From Macrostomum lignano (Eukaryota), in NCBI GenBank assembly GCA_002269645.1, contig NIVC01000211.1, forward strand, positions 558,001-622,000: 64,000 nucleotides of DNA, written 5' to 3'. The notes beneath the pieces were generated by a model. The model was not told the origin of the DNA, did no database searches, and saw only the letters and a list, made by a program, of their open reading frames with translations. Of this stretch, positions 12,601 through 22,181 are shown piece after piece. Position numbers and translations under genes: made by a program. Position 1 is the stretch's first letter. The number at the start of each line of letters is the position of its first letter.

Positions 12601-14952
12601 TTAGAAATCTCTTCTCTGAATTCTTTGAAATCTCTTCACTGGATTCTTAGAAATCTCTTCACTGGATTCTTAGAAATCTCTTCACTGGATTCTTAGAAAT
12701 CTCTTCTCTGGATTCTTAGAAATCTCTTCTCTGGATTCTTAGAAATCTCTTCACTGGATTCTTAGAAATCTCTTCACTGGATTCTTAGAAATCTCTTCAC
12801 TGGATTCTTAGAAATCTCTTCTCTGGATTCTTAGAAATCTCTTCTCTGGATTCTTAGAAATCTCTTCTCTGGATTCTTAGAAATCTCTTCACTGGATTCT
12901 TAGAAATCTCTTTTATGGATTCTTAGAAATCTCTTTTATGGATTCTTAGAAATCTCTTTTATGGATTCTTAGAAATCTCTTTTATGGATTCTTAGAAATC
13001 TCTTTTATGGATTCTTAGAAATCTCTTTTATGGATTCTTAGAAATTCCTTTTTCAGGATTCTTAGAAATCTCTTCTCTGGATTCTTTGAAAGCTCTTCTC
13101 TTAGAAATCTCTTCTCTGGATTCATAGACATCAGTTCTCTGAATTCTTTGAGATCTCTTCTCTAAATTCTTAGAATTCTCTTCTCTGGATTTTTACAAAT
13201 CTCTTCTCTGGATTCTTAGAAATACCTTTTCTAGATTCTTAGAAATCTCTTCTCTGGATTTTTAGATATGTCTTCTCTGATTCGTAGTAATTTCTTGTAG
13301 ATTCTTAGAAATGTAAATATTATTTTTAGAAACATCTTTCTTTAAACTCTTCGAACAATATTAAAGATTCTTAGAAACATCTTTCAAATTCTTAGAAATA
13401 TATTCTGGAGAGTCTCATGCCATTCTCCGTGAAATTCTTAGAAAGTCTACTAAAACTTTTAGAACCAATCTTGAGCACTCACTAGGATAAGTCCCCGAGT
13501 TGACCACCATGAAAATGTGGTGCAAATCTGGCACAGCATTAAAAGCAGTCCTGATAATCTCCTCAGCCGCTGGGATTTCGTATCCCTCTTTGGCAACGAA
13601 CAGGTGCAGGAAGAAGCTGTTCAGAGAGTTGCAGCCTTTGACATCATAGGAAGCGGACAGCCAGGACTCCCAGTCAGTTTTGTAGTTCGTTCTGCTCGTG
13701 CTCGGCTTGTTTGGGTAATCGAAAAAGGCAGCGTGGGCGATAATCTCGCCCTCCTGGTTGCTAAGGACAACCGCTAGGAGAGCCTTCTCGCTTGAATGGG
13801 AAGAGGAGAGAAAGGGATACGTTAGATTGAATAGGGATCTCTGTCCTATGGGTCACGGGATCTCTGTCCTATGGGTCATGGGATCTCTGTCCTATGGGTT
13901 ATGGGATTTCTGTCCTATAGGTCACGGGATCTCTGTCCTATGGGTAATGGGATCTCTGTCCTATGGGTCATGGGATCTCTGTCCTATGGGTCATGGGATC
14001 TCTGTCCTATGGGTCATGGGATATCTGCCTTTGTGTCATGGGATCTCTGTCCTATGGGACATGGGATACATGTGTATCTGTACCATGGGTTCCGGGATCT
14101 CTGTCCTATGGGTCATGGGATCTCTGTCCCATAGGTCATGGGATCTCTGTCCTATGTGTCATGGGATATCTGTCCTATGTGTCATGGGATATCTGTCCTA
14201 TGGGTCATGGGATCTCTGTCCCATAGGTCATGGGATATCTGTCCTATGGGTCATGGGATCTCTGTCCTATGGGTCATGGGATCTCTGTCCTATGGGTCAT
14301 GGGATATCTGTCCTATGGGTCATGGGATCTCTGTCCTATGGGTCATGGGATATCTGTCCTATGGTCATGGGATCTCTGTCCTATGGTCATGGGATCTCTG
14401 TCCTATGGGTCATGGGATCTCTGTCCTATGGGTCACGGGATCTCTGTCCTATGGGTCATGGGATCTCTGTCCTATGGGTCGTGGGATATCTGTCCTATGT
14501 GTCATGGGATACATGTGTATCTGTACCATGGGTTCCGGGATCTCTGTGCTATGGGTCACGAGATTTCTGTGAGTTATGGGATCTGTTGGTCACTGGATCT
14601 GTGGGTCCTGGGATATATGTGTGGGTCATTGGATCTGTGGGTCATGGGATCTGTGGGTCATGGGATCTGTGGGTCATGGGATCTGAGGGTCATTGGATCT
14701 GTGGGTCATGGGATCTGTGGGTCATGGGATCTGTGGGTCGTGGGATAATCTGTGAATCATGTGATCCGTCGATAATGGGTCAAGCAGCTACACAGCGAAG
14801 TAGACTCACATGATTTCAACCACGCTGACTTGGCCGAAAAGTTTCACGGTCTCCTCGGTGATCAGCTGTTCGATGTGCGGCGCATCCAGCGCCTCCGTGC
14901 GCCTGGCGTTCACGAGTTGGGTTTCTCCGGTCGGGCTTTTGAATTTCGACAT
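673..14952 (-). CDS. CFAP61: Cilia- and flagella-associated protein 61 (radial spoke / calmodulin- and spoke-associated complex subunit), 15 coding exons, ~1271 aa
   Basis: Hand-spliced exons (minus): 14810-14952, 13483-13790, 11967-12346, 10663-11457, 9891-10112, 8725-9050, 8544-8642, 7318-7759, 6416-6604, 5517-5735, 3947-4243, 3148-3251, 2977-3067, 2665-2724, 673-813. All junctions are GT-AG and phases are consistent (3816 nt with TGA). Peptides match recalled CFAP61 motifs: MSKFKSPTGETQLVNARRTE, VEDHDDLTPIF...TYGEYFLAELI, RSHYNIEDFIY, VRARRQIQYPLEKLG, IVVVGASSTGISFLETL, NDACLVFDGRLVIDANFHTNDVAIRAAG, YHLPMYAKP. Confidence 0.95.
1270..1670. repeat. CT-rich low-complexity tract (CFAP61 last intron)
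   Basis: Almost purely pyrimidine, with degenerate ctctc/tctct units. Confidence 0.85.
3610..3910. repeat. ~48-50-bp minisatellite, ~6 copies
   Basis: Unit aaagtacactggaatgtacatcagaaagtacattaatcattatactat. Similar gtacat-rich degenerate sequence occurs at ~9090-9360. Confidence 0.85.
4270..5440. repeat. 24-bp minisatellite with a 336-bp higher-order duplication (CFAP61 intron 10)
   Basis: Unit aatgaggttccaaatatggaagtt; the variant pattern starting at 4454 recurs at 4790. Confidence 0.95.
5800..6355. repeat. 17-bp minisatellite
   Basis: Unit ggtgaattggagaaatt, degenerate. Confidence 0.9.
6658..7275. repeat. ~30-bp minisatellite
   Basis: Unit ggggaatcccttagcaacacttttaaaac(a). Confidence 0.9.
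7790..8495. repeat. 28-bp minisatellite
   Basis: Unit gtgctagtgcactaatcagtgtgtataa, containing the palindrome tagtgcacta. Confidence 0.92.
9540..9820 (+). mobile_element. SINE family A, copy 1 (5'-truncated, no tRNA head), in CFAP61 intron 5
   Basis: Nearly identical to 27977-28230 from ggaatctcggcttggctc through ...cctgctcaggggagtcggcggaatgggcagcaatgcctctcgccggttgtgtg...cctgcctct, followed by an A-rich tail. Confidence 0.85.
10165..10590. repeat. ~31-bp minisatellite
   Basis: Unit gggaatcccactatgtacattcagttgttt(g); shares the gggaatccc core with 6658-7275. Confidence 0.88.
11590..11885. repeat. 30-bp minisatellite
   Basis: Unit gacctacgaatgaccaacaacaacaagtat. Confidence 0.88.
12445..13445. 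repeat. 23-bp minisatellite
   Basis: Unit ctggattcttagaaatctcttct. Confidence 0.93.
13840..14745. repeat. 23-bp minisatellite
   Basis: Unit ctatgggtcatgggatctctgtc. Confidence 0.93.
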
Positions 14953-15590
14953 TTCGGATCGCATGCATTTAAGTTTTGTTAAAATTGATAACATTTTCAA
15001 ATAGTTGTTTCTAAGAAAAAAACAAATTTACTTTTTTTCTAAGAAAGATACTTTTATCATATAAAAAGACTATCAATGGTCATTTCTTTTTTGTTTTAAC
15101 GAACAATTGATTTTTCTAAGAAAATAATTGTTATAACTTGAATTGACCAACATTTTTTTTCACATAATGCTTACAAAATTTTTAGACTATATAATAAAAA
15201 GTATAGCAATTATAACAAAACTTTTGTTATTTCTTTGTTTAAACGAAGCAACTTTGAAAAGTTTATTTAAAATTGAAATTAAAGTATGTTATATATGTAA
15301 AATATTGTTAGAAAAGGTACAACAATGCTGTTGTCGATTAAAATTGTTACTTGTTTTCGAAGTAACGCTTGCTGTATTTATAGTATTGTTTTTTAAATTG
15401 ATTCTCACAAACTACCCAGCACATGCTTCAGTTATGCTACTTAATATTGGCTTTTAGTAGCGGGACACGCAAATTTACCGATAAAAGTGTAGAAAATATA
15501 AATTAAAAGTACATTTTCTCGGAGAAACACGCAAACAAAAGGACATTACAAACTGCTTCGAAATTACGATGGAAAGTTTTGTTTCTTGCT

Positions 15591-16662
15591 TCAGTCGTCA
15601 CCCTCGTCCCGCACGACGGGAACTCCGTCCAGCTTCTTGATTCGGACCAGCCGCTTGGTCGCTTCATCTCTCCAGTTACCTTCGGCTGAGTGCTTCTCTT
15701 CTAGGGGATTGCCTGGATTGGAGTAGATAAAGGTAGATTTAGATTGAGATAAACAGTGAGAGAGTGAGAAATAGACAATGAGAGGTAGACAGTGAGAGAT
15801 AGACAGTTAGAGATAGACAGTGAGAGATAGCAATGGGAAATAGACAGTGAGGGGTAGACAGTGAGAAATAGACAGTAGGAGATAGACAGTACATGATAAC
15901 CAGTGAGAGACAAACAGTGAGAGACAGACAGCGAGAGATAGACAGTGAGAGATAGACAGCGAGAGATAGACAATGAGAGACAGACGGTGAGAGATAGACA
16001 CTGAGAGATAGACAGGTGGAGATCCTCACCAACGAACAGCAAATCCTCCAGACACGGTAGTTCGGCGAGTTTAGCAAACTCGGCCCAATCCTTAACAACA
16101 TTGTTGGACATGTACAGCACCTTCAGCTTTTTCAACACGTTGATTCCTTTGAGCTTCTCGATGTTGTTGTAGGAGATCCACAGCTCCTCCAGGGTGTCAC
16201 CGACCGCGTCCAGGCCTGTCAGACTTTTGATGTTATTCCGTCCAAGGGAAAGAATTTTCAGATTCTCTGAAAGATTTGTTTTAATGGTTGGCAATATAAA
16301 ATGCGTCATTTGAACTTTCCACTTTTCAGGGTCCAGTAAATTGAGGATAACTTACTCAGACCGTTCAAGTTTGCTATCCTCTCGATCACGTTTGTTGACA
16401 AGCTTAGGTGTCTGAAAGTTAGAGGAATATAACAAATAAGAATTTTGTCTGCCGTCTGGGTCATTTAGAGGCTGTTGGATTCATAGTGAAATTTCGATTT
16501 AAAATTGACTCACTCGCAAGCAGTCAGGGTGGACAGGGAGGCGTCCATCTTCTCAATGGGTGGAATTTGGCCATAGAGCTTCACAGCGGTGGCTTCTGAC
16601 GCCTTGGCCCCATTCTTCTCCTCCCACTTGGCCAAAGCCTCCTTGATTGAAGTTGCCTTCGA
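15591..16662 (-). CDS. DNAL1: Dynein axonemal light chain 1 (LRR outer-arm dynein LC1); the exon carrying the initiator Met is not resolved
   Basis: Exons (minus): 16514-16662, 16356-16411, 16030-16266, 15591-15712; 564 nt, in phase. Translation [18 protein letters not shown]...[55 protein letters not shown]...[14 protein letters not shown]...[15 protein letters not shown] closely matches recalled DNAL1; only the N-terminal Met is missing. Confidence 0.95.
15745..16020. repeat. 14-bp minisatellite in the last DNAL1 intron
   Basis: Unit gacagtgagagata. Confidence 0.88.
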
Positions 16663-18737
16663 CTGGAATTTTATTTTTATTTTTAATAAAAATATGTGTA
16701 AAACTGATACTATAATTAAAGACAGTTGCCTCTACGCAGATTTTGTAATAAAATGTTATTATTTCATAAGGAAATTAAAAAATTAAATGGAAAGATTTCC
16801 TCAAGCAGTCAAGGTAGAAAAGTATTTTTTATAAAAATAAATGTGTTTATATTTTACTTTTATTGAGACAGTTAACTAATAAATAATTATATTTCCACAG
16901 TTAAATTAGCAAAACATAACTCAGTTGCACTAGGCCATGGTAGTAAGGACAACTTAAGTAGTCCTTGGGTAGTAAAAAATTTAAAAATACCCGAAAAAAG
17001 CATGCTGTGAAAATAATCAAATTAAAAATTACATCACAGACTAATTTAAGCTTGAAAGACAGTAGATTCATGGCCAAGAAACAGCAGATACTATAAAAAT
17101 TATTATGAGTTAATATAAATTCTGAACAAATTAAAACTAAACTAAGTCATTGCTAGTCAAGGAATTATTACTCAAGCAAAAAAATTTTCTTGCTAATAGC
17201 TAATGCAGTTCTATAATAGTAAAATATAAGCTGCCCATTTTCCTTCGTCTAAAAACTTACTTAGTTAAAAACATTGACGAACTAATGGCAAATGGCTTAG
17301 TAAAATTCTAGGTAAATTTTTGCAATCTTCTGCTTGAAATAAAACATTGTCTTGATGATGCAGACAAAAACAATTTTTAATACTATTAAACGACTTGTCT
17401 AGAAAATCGTTGTCAAAATTTTATCTATTTTTACAGCCTAAAATTAAACTTCATCTATAATAAATCATCAAAAAATGCATAAAATATGGTATTTTGTTTA
17501 CAAAATAGTGTTTTTTAATGTTGTTTGTAATATTTCTAGACCACCATGCAAACAAGCCGAATTTTAAAGTCTTGGAATTTTTCAATTTGAAGCTCTTGGC
17601 AATGCAGTTGCAACTTGGCAACTGAAATTAAATTCTATACAAATATCCCAAATAGCAATCAAAAAACAAGATAGGCCTCTTTTTAAAACCCTATTTTACA
17701 AATTACTGTAAGATTACCTATCAAAAAATATTTTTGTTTTAACGCACTAAATTTCCAAATATAACTTTGAAATTGCGTGGTTATAACATTTATAGGATTA
17801 GACCTTACCTATCTTGATAACAGTTTCCCAGTTTAATTACAATGATATTTTCGGCCACTTAAAACTCAAGGCCTAATCAAGTAGAAGGAAGCGGGCCGGG
17901 ACCTATGTTGCTTGTAAGTTTTAGGAGGCAGCTACGGGAGGTTTTACGGAGAAAATACATATACGACAATTCCGGAAAAGAGTTTTTTATTATTTTCAGC
18001 CTAAAATTAGATATTGCCTTTGATAGGAGGCAGACCCAAAGTTCATCCTTTGATATGGTTTTGATATTCTTTAAAATATTGCTCTTTTGATATTCAGTAG
18101 TATACGTTCGTATAGAGCCTTTTGCTTATAGGCTTAATTTACAATGTACGATCGAGCTATTAGGCTGGCGTTATTTTAGAGAGAAATCTAAACATTAGAC
18201 AATGCATGTATGTCTTATTTTTCTGAATCGTTGAGTTATTGTACTTAAAAATCAAAGTTGTGACATTTTTATGATTTTTTGGCACAGAACATAGTACGTA
18301 TGTACAAAATTTAACATACATGTAGAAACCTAATTTACTAAACAAAAAGCTTTATGAATATCAAGAAGGCAACTCATCTGCAAAAGATGAACGACATATA
18401 GGGTCTGCCTGCTGCTATCAAAAAGCAATTTTACATGTACATGTACAAGTTTCAAATTTAAGCTGAAAAAAGTCACGGATGGTAATTGCATGATTTTGTA
18501 ATCCTGACTGATTTACTGGAAACTCCACGGCAACTTTCGCCCTTGATAAAATTGGCCACTCATATTTTCCAGCATGTACAGGGAGCAGGCTAAAAATAAA
18601 GAACACTTAAAAAGCTTTTTGCTCATATTTGACTATTTTTAATCATTCTAGTTCGCACTTTCTTTAAGTAAAGTCGAAGCAATTTTTTCAAGATTTTCAC
18701 GATAATTTGAACACCCATCTCAAATTCGGTCAAGACA

Positions 18738-18930
18738 ACTCGATGTCGAATTTTCTGATTGGACAAGCCGCTTTGTTATACTCGATGTCGAATTTTCTGA
18801 TTGGACGAGCCGCTTTGTTATACTCGACGTCGAATTTTCTGATTGGACGAGCCGCTTTTGTAATACTCGACGTCGAATTTTCTGATTGGACGAGCCTGGA
18901 ATGAATTACCAGGTCGACTCTGATTGGCTG
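18738..18930 (-). promoter_or_regulatory. Array of five CCAAT boxes in ~42-bp tandem units
   Basis: ATTGG at 18758, 18800, 18842, 18885 and 18923, within repeats of ctcga(t/c)gtcgaattttctgattggacgagccgctttgttata. Confidence 0.55.
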
Positions 18931-19867
18931 AGCTCCAGACCTAGCCTCAAATTACCCTTTCCACTGGCCGGTGAAATCTCCCGGATCCCATGCAGGGAAC
19001 TTGAGAGGTGCAGGAATAAATCATTAAATACAGATAAAAAAGCTAGCCAAGACATCCAGGGGGGTCGCCAAAAGTGAGAGCTAGATGATTATGCATTTTA
19101 AATCATAGAAACTGTAAAAATTGGGAGAAAAAACTGACTTATATGAATCTTTTTTCTGGCACCGTGAAAAGTGACAGGTAGGTGATAATAAATCAAAATC
19201 AACTCCGCTGCAGTTTGACCTCTAGGCGTCAAAAACTTCGCAAAAATACTCGTAAGTCCCCAAGAAGCAAAGTGTATTGATGAGGACGCACTTTTTCCCG
19301 AATCCCGCGCTAGCACATGGCTCTAAACTTACTAGCCTACTGACAGCAGGCTAATTAAAAGGCATTTTTATTCTTCTTCTACTAATTGTCATAGAATCTA
19401 TACTAGATATAATGTTTGGTCATACTAGTAGTCATAATAACATAGGCGCAGCTTTTTGGGTCGTAAATCATCGCTTTCAAAGTTTGTCTGACAGCCACCT
19501 GCGCCTCGCACTCAGTGTTGAGGCTGGCGCCAGATGGCCTGAGGGGATGCGAATAGCAGCTTTTTTCTCATCATTTTGACAGACCATCAAGATTTATGAG
19601 GTCAGAGCCTATTGTTCGGGTTCATTCAGCGTGTGACAGCTTTGACAGCTATGCGTTTTACCCCTAAAAGTACTTCGGGATTAGCGATTAGCAATTTCTC
19701 TTCATTATCTTCACTTTCTATTTAATAAGAGCTTTCTAATGTATATTTTTTCATTAATTTTTGTCAATCTACTCGAAAAGTCATAAATCATTTTGTTGTG
19801 ATTTTGATTGATTTATGGCCGCACCTGTCATCTTTTTACGACCCTGTGGGAACTGATAGGATCTCCC

Positions 19868-20001
19868 GGTCACGTGATTCTGGGTAGCAATAAGTTTAGC
19901 CAATCAGAAAATTCGGCGCTCATTTTAACAAAACGGCTCAGCCAATCAGAATCGACGTGTTCCATTATAACAAACTGTGGTCCAGTTGGCGGCTATTTAA
20001 A
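19868..20001 (+). promoter_or_regulatory. Pol II promoter-like module: E-box, two CCAAT boxes, TATA-like box
   Basis: gtCACGTGat at 19869-19878, CCAAT at 19900 and 19942 (42 bp apart), TATTTAAA at 19994-20001. Confidence 0.6.
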
Positions 20002-22181
20002 CCGGTGTTTTTGGCCCGCTCGGACCCCAGACGCTTGCTATCGGCCAGGAACTCGCTCTTTCCCTGGCCTGACCGTCGTCTCTTGATCCCCGGATTGCGA
20101 CTTCCCCCATCATCATCAAGGACGAGTCCCCCCGGTCATCGGCAGCGACCATCAAAGTTAAGAGCATCACCTGCTAGCTAACAGCGAAGATTGTGACATC
20201 AGCATCATCCCGAGTCTACAGCTGCGAAGCATCAAGCCGATTCGGTCACTGTGGATTTCCTGGTCTCCGGTTGTTGAGTTTCTGATTGGTTGCGTGAGAA
20301 GCTACCTAGACTTGCTTGATCGGGTGATTCCTTACCTGTCCCCTGTTTCAGTAGCTGGATTAGGCGCACACTTTTGCTCATTTTGTTCAGTAGTGCTGTT
20401 GCTGAGGCAGAAATCATTCAATAATACTGCTAGTAGTCTAAGACTCTAATTCAATCTGAGGTGTGAAGTGATTCAAGGAGAAGGTTAAATCTGACAGTTA
20501 TTTTTATCGGTTTTATTTCTTTGTTCGCCGATGGCTCAGATGAGTAGCTAAGCTAGTAGGCGCCGGTCGCAGTGGACCAATGGCAAGGCAGTTCTCAGTC
20601 GATCAATCTGTCAAATCAGTTAGCGAAATTACCAATAGTGCAAAATCGGCGCCAGAGATGTACTTTGTGCACTCTAGGTTAGCCAAGCGGCTCGGGTGAT
20701 TAATCATGCGGTCTCTGAAGTTCGAGTTGGCCTATCATCAGCGCTATGAGAGGCTAGTTGGCGCGTTGAATGCCAAAAGTACATATTTTTGTATTTAGCA
20801 ATGTAATAGTACATGTAGCTACCCCACAGTCTCGCCACTGCAAGAATCCCCTGCACAAGTCCCCTCTGTACCTGCATGGCCAATGCGATCTAGTCCCAGC
20901 AGTGTCCCTTATCATCGGCTATGACTTCGAGATTGACAGCAAAAAGACACTAGTTGGCAGGTAAGTGCAAAGCCCCTTCTAGTCGGAAGCCCGATTTCGA
21001 GAGTCCCGGTGTGGTGAGCCAGGGCGCACGGGCTGGTGGCAGCAAGTTAGTTGATCTGCGGATTAGCTAATTTCTACTTTCAAAATTCTCCCTGCTTGTC
21101 TCTCGCTGTCCCTCTCTTAGCTATAGGACCTAGACTGCTCGCCACACGATCAAGCTACCATGGGGCTGACCATCTGACAGGAGTGGGGGCCAGGACTCTA
21201 ATTGATTTATTTCTGAGACCTGAGGCCCGAAGGCTTCCCCACAAGGGGGCCGGAAGGTCGAAACCCATCAGTATGTCCTAAAAGTAGTAAAATGTGGTTC
21301 GCTGAAACAAAAATAAAAAATAAAAACCCAGAAGTCGACTACTAAGAGTAATAGAAGAGAGAGAGATGAAAACTCATGTGCGATTCTAAAATTTAAATTT
21401 TTGTTAAGAAGACTGTTTCCCGTTTTGTTATTAATTAAATTGAATTAAAACAAAAGTCGCTGCTTGTTAATTCTGTTATTTAATGCCCTCTTCGTTTATG
21501 CTTGGTGCCTTAATTTAAAAGAGTTGAGTCACACAGAATGAAATGAATGAAGCGGATTAATAAGGCATTATAATTTGACAAAAGTTATTGACAAGTTATT
21601 TAAGCACAGTTTGTACGTGCGGTTTCGCAAAATTGAAGATTTATCTGCTATTTCATACAATGTAATTACCGATATATATATATAATAAATTTAATAATCA
21701 CGCAATGACAGCTAATTAAAACTAAGCAATCTTATGTTGTTAGGCTCACTGCTTAAGCCTTTATAAATTTAGTAGTACTGTCGGCTTGAAAATGTCTATT
21801 TGAGAGGTTTTTTTACAGGAAAAAGGTTCTCTTACAAAGGAAAATTGCCGTCAAGAAGGAATGAGGATGCTCAGTGACAAATAGTTTTTTTAAATAAGAT
21901 ACATTTTCTTGAGTACAAATAACATTAATTAAGCAGTGCTGCGGCTATATTAATGTCGCAAATTCATACTTGAAAGTATGTAGCAAACTGAGATTTCTCT
22001 ATAGCCACGCTATATAGTTTCTGAAAAAAATAAGCTAGTTTTGAAATTTCGTGAAAGATTTCATCTAAAGTCATATTTGGTATCCACGCCTAAAAAGTCG
22101 TTAAAAGATTGCGCGCCAATTTGAATTTGGACTTGCAATTTTACTCGACAATTTCTCTACCCAGCTAATCCAAAGAAGGCT

